From contig CAZETW010000004.1 of NCBI GenBank assembly GCA_964515295.1, positions 4,994 to 68,993 of the forward strand: DNA of 64,000 nt, written 5' to 3'. The position numbers and the translations under genes are program-made. Below are positions 46,701 to 55,414 of the stretch, one piece after another; position 1 is the stretch's first letter; every line of letters starts with the position of its first letter. The DNA is from an uncultured bacterium. GTDB taxonomy: Bacteria > Zhuqueibacterota > QNDG01 > CAYUAG01. The notes beneath the pieces were generated by a model, which made no database searches, had not been told where the DNA came from, and saw only the letters and a list, made by a program, of their open reading frames with translations.

Positions 46701-47082
46701 CTGTTTTTCTATAGTCGATCTCATCAATGACCTTGCGCATTATAAATATTCCCAAACCGCCTTTTTTTCCGATATTCACATATCTGTCAAGGTCAGGATT
46801 TTTTACTTTTCTGGGATCAAAAGTTTTCCCCTGATCAATGAGAGAAACAGTAACATTCTGTTCTCTTATTATCATCCTGACTGTTATAAAACCTTCCCAG
46901 TCACGATAAGCATGACGGATTATATTTGTACCTGCTTCATCTATGGCCATTTTAAAGGCATTGATGATGTTTTCACTGACACCATATTTTCTGCCTACTT
47001 TGGTGATAAAATCACGCATTTCGCCCAGATTTCCAATATCAGCGGGTACTTTTAATTCTTTTTTCTTTACTTTTTTAAACAT
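43726..47082 (-). CDS. Multidomain signalling protein: RsbW-like GHKL serine kinase + 2 TM with extracytoplasmic sensor + HAMP + PP2C (RsbU/SpoIIE) phosphatase + transposase-type HTH + acidic tract + C-terminal TPRs
   Basis: 1118 aa; DEAGTNIIRHAY and GGLGIFIMRKVIDEI (HATPase_c_2); two TM helices; GDYFDF...TDGITEA...DDITLVAIR (PP2C-SIG); LSVKEACKRENVSTSTYYKYRKKY and PDYGAKRISEEL (IS481/IS3 OrfA-like HTH); E/D-rich region; 3 TPRs. Confidence 0.8.
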   Translation of the reverse strand: MFKKVKKKELKVPADIGNLGEMRDFITKVGRKYGVSENIINAFKMAIDEAGTNIIRHAYRDWEGFITVRMIIREQNVTVSLIDQGKTFDPRKVKNPDLDRYVNIGKKGGLGIFIMRKVIDEIDYRKTVEGNELRLTKIRELDVSKKFSIPELSFSMKTRYSLIASGILTFLILIFSIWNYIYQGKKVFNTYLEEGQKLASTVVQNSAEFLANEETWELARISAELQHNHTPLVSEIIIVDSTGSIQGAVNMENLLKPFSLPRKYRKKSDSLYVYDYAGVGSVYDINKPAEFEIDDNRYILGSVHIMLNKSFVDGNVAQKRKSIFWRSLVILVSGCIGVFVLVYTTMSPFKKLSHWVKALGRGEAEDVMEFDNSDEVGEIAQAFNDITEKFRETQEHLAEQERLQKEVQVAQDIQQTLLPASFPDIEGYEISTYYEAAKEVGGDYFDFVEVDNDTLGIVVADVSGKGVPGSLVMTMIRTALRTEARGNKNAADVLAKVNSFVMKDMKRGMFVTIFYVILDSKKRSINYASAGHNPMILYRGSTKKSYYLNPKGFPIGIKLPDDSLFNKTIESDTLHLRPEDSLIVYTDGITEAMNHNRERFGDERFLSVIREYGDLNVEPFVNKIRDEIIIFSEGFAQTDDITLVAIREKLKAEDVLFNHRLRLMKLVDKKGLSVKEACKRENVSTSTYYKYRKKYNKKGKEGLYDGRKITKIEDKHISIEDRAKIIDIIKNNPDYGAKRISEELKSDKYDNVEIDEKRIYDELVKSKLNTKELRLAFIEKGGRKALKKPGTPFVTLDGKIVNKPTIVEQSVDVEDEDRKVIKEEEKDFEEVISEEPEEVISEHESEIHEKTDHILNDFIGSSEDEDIITPESEEEAPAESLEEKEEQKQDIVKEIPQESEEEIDELEEIEETLDHKDIYYSDVFDEQDVEEEIASFTADELLDEEQHEDIEYGKDKQEEEETSFLKMSEGLDVQKRKRVPEEKKPNPEEEKRIREKRIQRFLKSGKWFYKQGSYEKAIIAIKKVLNEDPTNLNALHYLGDAYFKIGNLDKSEYYYDKVRRVQPDNLTVAENLGVIYANRGEYKKAVFQWNEVLKRTPERRDLFERIKRMQQTLRKQVL

Positions 47083-47097
47083 AAAATTTATTTATAA

Positions 47098-49008
47098 TTA
47101 TTTATTTTTACGGAATGATTTAATTTTGTTTTTCGCTCCTTCAATTGCCTTTAATAATTTAATATTATATGGATCCAATTGCAAGGCTTCTTCCCATCGC
47201 TCTAAAGCTTTTTTATAATGACCCTGTCTGTAAAGAATAATACCCTGATTAAACATTGTTCGTACTTCTTCTGTCATTTCCTGAGTTGCACCTTTAGCAT
47301 GGGCAAGAGCAGTTCTGTAGTAATTTTTTGCCTCACCGTGATCGGGCTGAATGTCCAGGGCTTTCCTGAAATATTGTACAGCAGAAGTGTAATTTTCTTC
47401 ATCAAAATATTCTTTACCTTTCTGGAAATTAGTGGCGAAATCTATACTCTTATTAAGACTATTAATCTGGTTTACGACTCTTCTATAAATTCTTTCATTA
47501 TCCCGGGATTGTTGCTTGGCCTGATTCAGTATATCATATGCTCTGGATACTTCTCCCTGGTTTATTAATTTTTGTGCTCTAGTAAGTGATATATTGATCT
47601 GGTTTACTAAATTATCCTCAGCATTTTTTATGTATTTTTTCAGTTTGGTATTCTGGGGATCTCTTTCCAGGCCTTCTTCCCATTTTTCTATTGCTTCACG
47701 ATAATTTCTATTTTCCAGCGCTTCAATACCTTCAGTTAATTTTTTATGAACAAATGTGCTGTCTTTTCTGTTACTTACTTTTACTCTCTCCTTTTCAAGA
47801 AGCTGATTTTGCTCTCTTTCTTCGGCTAAACGCTGTCTTTCTATTGCTTCCTGTAATAATTCTTGTGCTTTTTTGTTGTCTTCATCTATTTTAAGTATTT
47901 TTGAAAATTCAACTCTGGCATTATAGAAATCACCTTTTTCAAGATAAGATCTACCGTTTTGAAGACTTTCATTGATTTCTCTTAATCTTTCAGCCTGTAC
48001 TCTCTCATTAAACCTTCTTTGTATCTCTAAACGTCGTTTTTCTTCTAAAAGTTCCTTTTGTTCCTCAATAGTCTTTCCAAAATATAATTTCAAGGAAAAC
48101 AGATTACTAACAGGGAAATATTTTGCATCTCCTATAGATTTAATACCATAATCAATTTGCAGATTTTTAAAAAGCAGCCCCACACCTGCGGTTAACTGTT
48201 CTTTCTCATATCCTCCTCGTATAAAGACCATGTTGCCTAATCCCACCTCCATTCCGAAATGATATTCATTTTCTTTGAATTCAGAATGATCAATATCAGC
48301 CATTAGTAATAAATAGTATTTATTGCTGAAAGTGAATATTTTTGCCATTCCGGCTTTAATTTTATAGGGAAGTATATCCTGCTCAGTGTCCATTTTTAAA
48401 CTCGGTTGTAAGAGATTATACATAGTACATCCGAAATGAAGATCATTTAATATGTTTCTGCTGGTTATCCCATAGTGAATTCCGGCATCCAGACCAAATC
48501 CGTTAGCAGAATACTCTCCTAACTCATCTCTGTAAGCATTACCGTTTATACCTACTGAAAACCCTTTAAAGAGTGTAAGGGCATATGATAGGGTTAATTT
48601 AGCTTTCCAGAAGTTAAATGTTCCTCTGTCAACGGGAATATTATTTACATCGTCATAAAAATTTATATCATCAACCCCAAATCGTGCTATTCCAAAACCG
48701 AATGTTCCAATATTTAAAGTCGGATGAATATATCCGATTTGATGATACTGTACTCCTTCAAATAAAGTAAAGAGAGAGAACCCAAGCTGTTTTTGCTGTA
48801 CTACATTCATGCCAGCCGGATTCCAGGCAAAGGCATAGGCATCATTTGGATATGCTGCTGCAGCGTTCCCCATACTTAATTGCTTTGCTCCGGAACCAAT
48901 TCGCAAAAACAAAGATTCTGCTCCTGCATTACCTTGTTTCTGTTGAGCAAAACATGTACCGGCTATTATAAAAATTATTAGAAAAAATTTTATAATTTTA
49001 CTGTTCAT
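47098..49008 (-). CDS. Outer-membrane FadL/PorV-like beta-barrel fused to C-terminal TPR/coiled-coil domain
   Basis: 636 aa; signal peptide; N-terminal motif GSGAKQLSMGNAAAAYPNDAYAFAWNPAGM characteristic of FadL/PorV superfamily; alternating-hydrophobic beta strands; C-terminal half helical TPR-like. Confidence 0.6.
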   Translation of the reverse strand: MNSKIIKFFLIIFIIAGTCFAQQKQGNAGAESLFLRIGSGAKQLSMGNAAAAYPNDAYAFAWNPAGMNVVQQKQLGFSLFTLFEGVQYHQIGYIHPTLNIGTFGFGIARFGVDDINFYDDVNNIPVDRGTFNFWKAKLTLSYALTLFKGFSVGINGNAYRDELGEYSANGFGLDAGIHYGITSRNILNDLHFGCTMYNLLQPSLKMDTEQDILPYKIKAGMAKIFTFSNKYYLLLMADIDHSEFKENEYHFGMEVGLGNMVFIRGGYEKEQLTAGVGLLFKNLQIDYGIKSIGDAKYFPVSNLFSLKLYFGKTIEEQKELLEEKRRLEIQRRFNERVQAERLREINESLQNGRSYLEKGDFYNARVEFSKILKIDEDNKKAQELLQEAIERQRLAEEREQNQLLEKERVKVSNRKDSTFVHKKLTEGIEALENRNYREAIEKWEEGLERDPQNTKLKKYIKNAEDNLVNQINISLTRAQKLINQGEVSRAYDILNQAKQQSRDNERIYRRVVNQINSLNKSIDFATNFQKGKEYFDEENYTSAVQYFRKALDIQPDHGEAKNYYRTALAHAKGATQEMTEEVRTMFNQGIILYRQGHYKKALERWEEALQLDPYNIKLLKAIEGAKNKIKSFRKNK

Positions 49009-52000
49009 CTATTTTACCACAGCAATTTTTGTTTTTACTATATTGTCGTCTGTATCCATAACCAATATATATACACCGTTAAGTACTGTGTTTCCATTAT
49101 CATTGGTGCCGTTCCATTCAACCTGATTACTCCCCCTTGAATGAAGTCCTTTTCTTCCTTCCGGATCAGTACTGCTGAAAGATTCTGACCAGACTAATTC
49201 TCCGATTAAATTATAAATGCTGAAATTTACATTTGTATCCTTGTCTAAATAGTAAACAATGGTTGTAGTTTTTTTACCCGGTGAACCGAATGGATTGGGA
49301 AAATTCAGTAGATATGCTTTATCGTCTGTTCCCACATCTTCACTTGATATCACCTGTTTTTGCCAGTTGCTCTTTAACTCAAATCTATCTCCTGAAGGAG
49401 ATAACACCGGCAGTGAAACATAAGGGACATACTCATCAACAGCTGTAATATAGGTGCTGTCAGGCATTTCCAGCATAAAATTCACTGTCTTTTCTGTTGT
49501 ATGCATGTCTGCAAGGAGAGCGATTTTCAGTGTATCCTGAGTCTTAATCGGGTTCATATGATCAATTAAAATGTTAACCGGATTTTCGGCAGGTATTTGT
49601 GATGAAGACAGTGTAGCCAGACAGCTGTCTTTATTATAATAATATCTTCCATTCTTCTTTATTAATTTGCATAGTTTGATTTTCTTATAAATAGAAGAAG
49701 GATTTAATGGCTGGTGAGAAAAGTCTAGAAGATTAAATTTTATTTTTGTCAGTAATACTCCATTCGCACCTGCTTCACCTCTGTTGATCATTTCAAATCC
49801 TGTTAGCCAGACATTATTTTGCCCGCTTATTACTTGACTTGAAATAGAATCCGGCTGGTCTAATTCTGTAACGGAAAGCCAGGTTCCCACTGTTGTTACC
49901 CCGATATCTGCACTTACTTTACTTGCATATGCTTCTTCAGATGTATTCTGATCCCAGGGAATTTTTGAAATATAAGCTGAGATAGTGGCAGTTTCGCCTG
50001 TGGAGTAGGGAGGTGCTTTAATCATCCAGTTTGTTTTTTCCTGTGTCGCATAATGAACCGGAGATTCTTTTGTTGTATATCCTTCAGGTAATTGTTCCAG
50101 AGTAATCATAGCAGTACCAAGAGTATCAGCTTCTCCTTTGTTTTCTATCTCTGCATACAGGATAAATTCCTGAGAGGGAGAAACAGATTTGTCATCAATG
50201 TTAAGGTTCAATGCCAGATCAGCTTTTTTTACAGTTTGTATCTCAATACCTTTCTGTTCTGCAGATATTATTACATCCTCTTGCTGAAGTGCATCGTAGC
50301 CGGATGCATTTACATAAATAGTTCTTTTATCTGTTGCTCCTTTGGGCGCTCTGATTTGCCAGGTTACTTCATTTGATATCACTTTTTTATCCAGGTTATC
50401 CGAGGTGGTATATCCGGTTGGCAATGTTATGGAGGCAGTGATATCCCTTACATAATTCCAGGTCAGACTTGCTCTTACTACAAAATACTGATCGGATGAT
50501 ACTTTTTGATTAACTGCTCCGGGCGGTGAGGCTATACCCAATGAACTGGTAAGAAAACTTTTATGAGTTATTACAGATATTTTTTCTGTCTTTTTTTCAA
50601 TTTTTGCAACTTGTCCGGTGTTTCTGGCTAAAGGAGGTTTATACAGAGTAACATTTATTGTTTGCCAGTCTGTGGCAATATTGGGCGATTTGATTTCCCA
50701 GGTTGCAGGTGAATTAAGAGTAATGGAATTATTAACTGATCCGCTGAGTGTATAGGGAGAAGGAAGAGTTATTCTTATTTTTCCGGTAGTATCAATAGCA
50801 CCAGATCCATGATTTTCCAGATGTGCGGTGAGGATAAAAACCTGGTTGGTTGTAAATTCTCCTATGGGATTGCTTAATTTCAGTTTTATTGAGAGGTCTG
50901 CCGGTTTCTGAATATAAGCAAAAGCTACAGGATCTAAAGCCGGACCAACAGGTACCTCTGAATCATCCTTTTTGGCACTTGTTATAGAAGCAGTAAATTG
51001 TTCTCCGGAAATATTTTCCACTGCTGATGCGGTAAGGTAAAATATTACAGAATCTCTTTGGGATGGTGACAGAGAAAGTATGGTTAAATCTGAATTTTCT
51101 ATATTTGATATTTCGCTTTCCAAATGAACATTAATATTCTTGACTGCATGACCTAATCCGTTTTCTACTGATACAATAACTTTAAATTCCTGGTTTGTAT
51201 CCAAATACGCATTGCCTCCCTCGGTTGTATTATAAGCATCGATCACAGTTGATACAATTCTAAAGGCCGGATTGGACTGCACTGATATTAAGGCTGATGC
51301 ATTATTCTGTTTTATGTTTCCGGTGTTTTTTTCAACTCCCTGGATATTGGTTTTAACTTCTACCTCTCCGCCGTATAGTCCGGTTAGTTTAACTTTGTAT
51401 ACTAATGTATCCCTTGTTCCGCTTTTCAGGCTGATATTTTTGGTGGTACATTCTGTAATATAATCTGTGAGTTTTAGATCTTCATGCCAGAAACTGATAT
51501 TTGATTTCAGGGTATCTATCTGAATTTCTGCATAATAATCTATAGGGGCCTGACTTTGCCCGTTAGCAAGTACAACTTTAACAAACCAGGGTTCAGTCTG
51601 ACCTCCCATTACTTTATTTGTGGAAGTGATAATTTTTTCAATGGACAGAGTTCCTGGCTGTTGTACATGTACTTTGGTTGTGTCATCAACAGGATTTTTA
51701 CTTGTCAGAGAATCATTCTTATTATCAGTCCATCCGCCGCCGCTTACTGTAAAGATTTCATTGTACAGATAGGTTTGAAAGGCATTACCTGTTACTGTGA
51801 TAACAGAAGTTTCACCGCCCTCAAGAGGATCAACAGGGATACGGGTAGGGAAATTAAACCAGGGATGTTCTGAAGTTAAATGTAATCCGATGTCATGTAA
51901 TCCATCTCCGCCTGTATTGGCTATTTTAATGTTCATGTCAAATTCCTGATTGATATTAACATAGGGTGCATTGGGAGCCATATTTGTAAGTTCGAGAATT

Positions 52001-55000
52001 TTTAATTCCGCTTCTTCTTCAATAATTACTGTTCCCCATCCTGCATTATCAGTGTTGTCAGAAACCTGTAATTCTGTATTTATTTCAGTACCTGAAACAG
52101 AGGCGTTTATTTTACATTCTCCAGTGCTGTTTTCTCCTGTATGAATAACCTGATAGTTCAGACTGTCGATAGTTTCACCTTCAAGAATCCATCCTCCTTT
52201 AGCAAGAGAATCCGGTCGTATTACTGCCCAATTATCTCCAATACTGAAAGAAAGAGAAGTGTTTACAGCAGCCGAAACAGAATCAATCAACACACTGCTT
52301 TCACCCCGGTTACTCAGTACTACTGCTATTGACCAGTTTGTGTCCTGAGCAACTGTTACTTCATTCTGGGAGGTGATGATTTCATTGACAATCAAATCAG
52401 CCGGCGTCTGTACATTAACTGAAGTCCAGGCTTGATCAGTTAATTGTTCACCAGCGATAGTGGAAGTATATAAAAATCCCTGTATGAGTGCTGAGCCTTT
52501 ATCCGCACCGGTACTGTCTATGGTTACAACTAATGTATCTGTAGAATAACCGGATAATATTTTTGTACCACTATTCTTAAATGTATCAGGAATTGATATT
52601 TGATAATCATTTTTCAGTATCCCGTCAGTTTTTATATTTAACCCGATACTGTCAAGAGTAACATTGTTGCTGCTCAGGTTTTCCACAGTCATAATAAGGA
52701 ACCAGTCTTTGTTTTGATTTGCAGTTATATGCTGTACAAGAGTAGAGTAATCATTTTTTACCGGTTTAAAATCCAAAATTCTCAGCCCCGGTGCATTTAT
52801 AACATTAAAACTATTAGAAACTCCACTGGGTGCAGGTTCCTCTGCACCTGTTTCTGTAACTGTAATAACATTACCTGAGTATTGGGTGTTCACTGTAACG
52901 CTTCCATTCCATATACCGTTAACAAAATTCGAACTTTTTTGCGGTTGTATAGTAGCGGAAGAATCAGTGATATCAACAGTACCGGTAAAATTGGATTTGA
53001 CATTATCATTTTCATCATAGGTAGTGATATTTAACGGAAACGGCTGACCTGTTACCTGAGTATTGATCAAGCCTATTTCAAAATAAGACACTTGTCCGGG
53101 AATAACTATAATGGAACCGGTATGAGCTGATATATCAGTTTGTGGTTTATGTGTCTTTATATTGCCGCTTCCCGGTTTACTGGGGATATAGGTGATGTCA
53201 GATTTATTTGAGATGTTAACTGCAGGAGTTAATCCCTGGGAACTCCAATCTACAATTTCAGTTCCTCTGAAGTTTCCATAGCCGTCATATCCTACAGAAT
53301 AAAGATCCAGACTTTCTCCTACACTTAAGGTGTCGTTAATTATTTCTTCTCCTTCATGAATAGGAACATTTTTTATCTTAAGCTGAGACAGAGTTCCTGG
53401 ATTTACTAAAATATCACTCACAACAGAAGAAATATCGTTTACCTGGCCTTTCAGCGCAACTCCGCTTTCTGCTTTTACTAATATCTGATTAGCCTGCCCT
53501 GAACCGTTTATCACCTGAATATCATTGAAAATCGGAGACGACCCATTGGGAGAATTCCCTCCCAGATTATTACAGGTTACAGTAACCATACCTGACCAAT
53601 TATTCTGATATTTATCCTGTGCATCAGTTAGTGTTAAGGGAAATGGTATTCCTGCCGTTTGAATTGAGCCGCAATTCAAGGCAAATGTGTCTATGGAAGC
53701 ATACGTGACCGTAATACTGCTGCTGGTCTTACTTATTTCTCCATCAGTAACAGTTACGGTTTGTTGGGGGGAATTATATAAAATAAAAGATGAACCGAAG
53801 AATACTTTTTGTCCGTTATTCCATCCGGTTCCGTTATCAACCGGCAGTGTTGCCGGATATGGTTCTTTATCTGAAGAACTCCAGATAATAATTCCTTCAT
53901 AATCGGTTTTTTTATTTTTATAGCTGTCAAATGCAGTTACCGTAACCCCGTAGGAGAAAGGCTGTCCGGCACGCCTGGTTTCAGGTAATCCTTCTATAGT
54001 AAAATCACCAAGTTCGCCAGGGAGGACCAGGATTGAATGACTGGTTCTGCTTACTGTCCCGTCAATTACTTTGATTGTCTGGGAGGGTGCATTAAATAAA
54101 AGAAAAGAAGAACCACTAAACGTTTTGCTTCCATTTACCCAGCCTGTTCTGTCATCTGTAGGTAATGCTGCAGGGTAAGGAGTGCCGTCAGAAGAATTCC
54201 AGATAACAATTCCGGAATAATTAGTTTTTAAATTATTATATTCATCAAAAGCAGAGACGGTAACATTACTATTGAATTGCTGACCTGCAATAGTACTGGA
54301 TGGAACTCCGCTTAACTCAAATCTGTCAAGATCTGTTGCATATACAGTAATCGGATCTGATGTTTCGATGACGCTCCCGTCCTGAACTGTAACAGTTTGT
54401 TCAGTGGTATTGTAGAGTTTAAATGAAGTTCCCGGAAAAGTCTTTTTTCCCCCACTCCATCCGGTTCCGTCATCTTCCGGAAGATCAGCAGGATATGGAA
54501 TACCGTCACTGGATACCCAGTCCACTGTACCCTGGTAGTCATTTTTGACATTTCCATAAAAATCATAAGCAGTAATTTCAATATCATTGTTAAAAACAGA
54601 ACCTGCTTCAACGCTGCCGGGGATTCCGCTTATCTTAAAACTATCAAGCGCTGCCGGTTCAACTGTTACATTATATGTAGTACTGGTTATAGAGCCATCT
54701 GATACAGAAAGCCATTGAGTACCTGCTGTACATAATTTGAATAGGGCACCACTGAATTTTTTTGATCCGTTATTCCATTCACTGCCGTCATCAGTGGGAA
54801 GTAAGACTTTTTCGTTAGTATCAGATGTATGCCAGGTGACAGTACCGTTATATGTATCTTCAATTTGCCCGTATTGATTATAGGCAGTCACTTCAATACT
54901 GTCAGGGAACTGCTGGCCTGCTTGAACAGTAGCTGGTACATTTGTTAGCTCCAATCTGGCTAAAGTCCCGGCATTTGTTTCAGGTGCTTTTAAAGGGTGA

Positions 55001-55098
55001 TTAACTTGTGCCCCCAACGTTTTATTGACATAAAAATTAAGTGTCACCCCCGAAAGGAATACTGCGGTCAAAAAGATTTTTTTCAAGGATATATTCAT
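49009..55098 (-). CDS. Giant secreted repeat protein with T9SS (Por) C-terminal sorting domain
   Basis: 2029 aa; signal peptide; at least 4.5 tandem ~105-aa repeats near N-terminus; C-terminal ~90 aa NFPNPFGSPG...IYNLIGELV...GVYILVM...KIAVVK matches T9SS CTD. Confidence 0.85.
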   Translation of the reverse strand: MNISLKKIFLTAVFLSGVTLNFYVNKTLGAQVNHPLKAPETNAGTLARLELTNVPATVQAGQQFPDSIEVTAYNQYGQIEDTYNGTVTWHTSDTNEKVLLPTDDGSEWNNGSKKFSGALFKLCTAGTQWLSVSDGSITSTTYNVTVEPAALDSFKISGIPGSVEAGSVFNNDIEITAYDFYGNVKNDYQGTVDWVSSDGIPYPADLPEDDGTGWSGGKKTFPGTSFKLYNTTEQTVTVQDGSVIETSDPITVYATDLDRFELSGVPSSTIAGQQFNSNVTVSAFDEYNNLKTNYSGIVIWNSSDGTPYPAALPTDDRTGWVNGSKTFSGSSFLLFNAPSQTIKVIDGTVSRTSHSILVLPGELGDFTIEGLPETRRAGQPFSYGVTVTAFDSYKNKKTDYEGIIIWSSSDKEPYPATLPVDNGTGWNNGQKVFFGSSFILYNSPQQTVTVTDGEISKTSSSITVTYASIDTFALNCGSIQTAGIPFPLTLTDAQDKYQNNWSGMVTVTCNNLGGNSPNGSSPIFNDIQVINGSGQANQILVKAESGVALKGQVNDISSVVSDILVNPGTLSQLKIKNVPIHEGEEIINDTLSVGESLDLYSVGYDGYGNFRGTEIVDWSSQGLTPAVNISNKSDITYIPSKPGSGNIKTHKPQTDISAHTGSIIVIPGQVSYFEIGLINTQVTGQPFPLNITTYDENDNVKSNFTGTVDITDSSATIQPQKSSNFVNGIWNGSVTVNTQYSGNVITVTETGAEEPAPSGVSNSFNVINAPGLRILDFKPVKNDYSTLVQHITANQNKDWFLIMTVENLSSNNVTLDSIGLNIKTDGILKNDYQISIPDTFKNSGTKILSGYSTDTLVVTIDSTGADKGSALIQGFLYTSTIAGEQLTDQAWTSVNVQTPADLIVNEIITSQNEVTVAQDTNWSIAVVLSNRGESSVLIDSVSAAVNTSLSFSIGDNWAVIRPDSLAKGGWILEGETIDSLNYQVIHTGENSTGECKINASVSGTEINTELQVSDNTDNAGWGTVIIEEEAELKILELTNMAPNAPYVNINQEFDMNIKIANTGGDGLHDIGLHLTSEHPWFNFPTRIPVDPLEGGETSVITVTGNAFQTYLYNEIFTVSGGGWTDNKNDSLTSKNPVDDTTKVHVQQPGTLSIEKIITSTNKVMGGQTEPWFVKVVLANGQSQAPIDYYAEIQIDTLKSNISFWHEDLKLTDYITECTTKNISLKSGTRDTLVYKVKLTGLYGGEVEVKTNIQGVEKNTGNIKQNNASALISVQSNPAFRIVSTVIDAYNTTEGGNAYLDTNQEFKVIVSVENGLGHAVKNINVHLESEISNIENSDLTILSLSPSQRDSVIFYLTASAVENISGEQFTASITSAKKDDSEVPVGPALDPVAFAYIQKPADLSIKLKLSNPIGEFTTNQVFILTAHLENHGSGAIDTTGKIRITLPSPYTLSGSVNNSITLNSPATWEIKSPNIATDWQTINVTLYKPPLARNTGQVAKIEKKTEKISVITHKSFLTSSLGIASPPGAVNQKVSSDQYFVVRASLTWNYVRDITASITLPTGYTTSDNLDKKVISNEVTWQIRAPKGATDKRTIYVNASGYDALQQEDVIISAEQKGIEIQTVKKADLALNLNIDDKSVSPSQEFILYAEIENKGEADTLGTAMITLEQLPEGYTTKESPVHYATQEKTNWMIKAPPYSTGETATISAYISKIPWDQNTSEEAYASKVSADIGVTTVGTWLSVTELDQPDSISSQVISGQNNVWLTGFEMINRGEAGANGVLLTKIKFNLLDFSHQPLNPSSIYKKIKLCKLIKKNGRYYYNKDSCLATLSSSQIPAENPVNILIDHMNPIKTQDTLKIALLADMHTTEKTVNFMLEMPDSTYITAVDEYVPYVSLPVLSPSGDRFELKSNWQKQVISSEDVGTDDKAYLLNFPNPFGSPGKKTTTIVYYLDKDTNVNFSIYNLIGELVWSESFSSTDPEGRKGLHSRGSNQVEWNGTNDNGNTVLNGVYILVMDTDDNIVKTKIAVVK
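53570..54966 (-). repeat. Tandem ~310-bp coding repeats (~105-aa units) inside the giant T9SS cargo gene
   Basis: Protein-level repeats LxxFxIxGxPxxxxAGQxF...VTAxDxYGNxKxxYxGxVxWxSSD...LPxDxGTGWxxGxKxFxGxSFxLxNxxxQTVTVxDG...TSxxITV observed four to five times. Confidence 0.7.
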
Positions 55099-55414
55099 AA
55101 ACTATTTTTTTTCATAGACCTATACTTTACATATTACTCCGTATTATATTTGGCTTTTTTAATACGGGCAAATAATATACCATAATTACAAAATTAATTT
55201 ATAATCTTATAATTCCATAAAAAACAAAAGTTTGTAAAAATGGTGATTTTTAAGTTAATAAAAATATTATTTAAATGGTATTATACTGGATGATTTTCAA
55301 CCACTTACTGAAAAAGGGGAATAGTTAATTTGTTCAGTGAAGTCAGACTTTATTTATATACTATATAAAGAGGGGGATTTTATATAGTGTATTGTTTAAA
55401 AAAATTTATTTTTA

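Noticed and set aside
55099-55414. Terminator for pta and promoter for the giant gene
   Set aside because: No convincing hairpin plus T-run or sigma70 hexamer pair could be identified by eye in this extremely AT-rich 316-bp gap.
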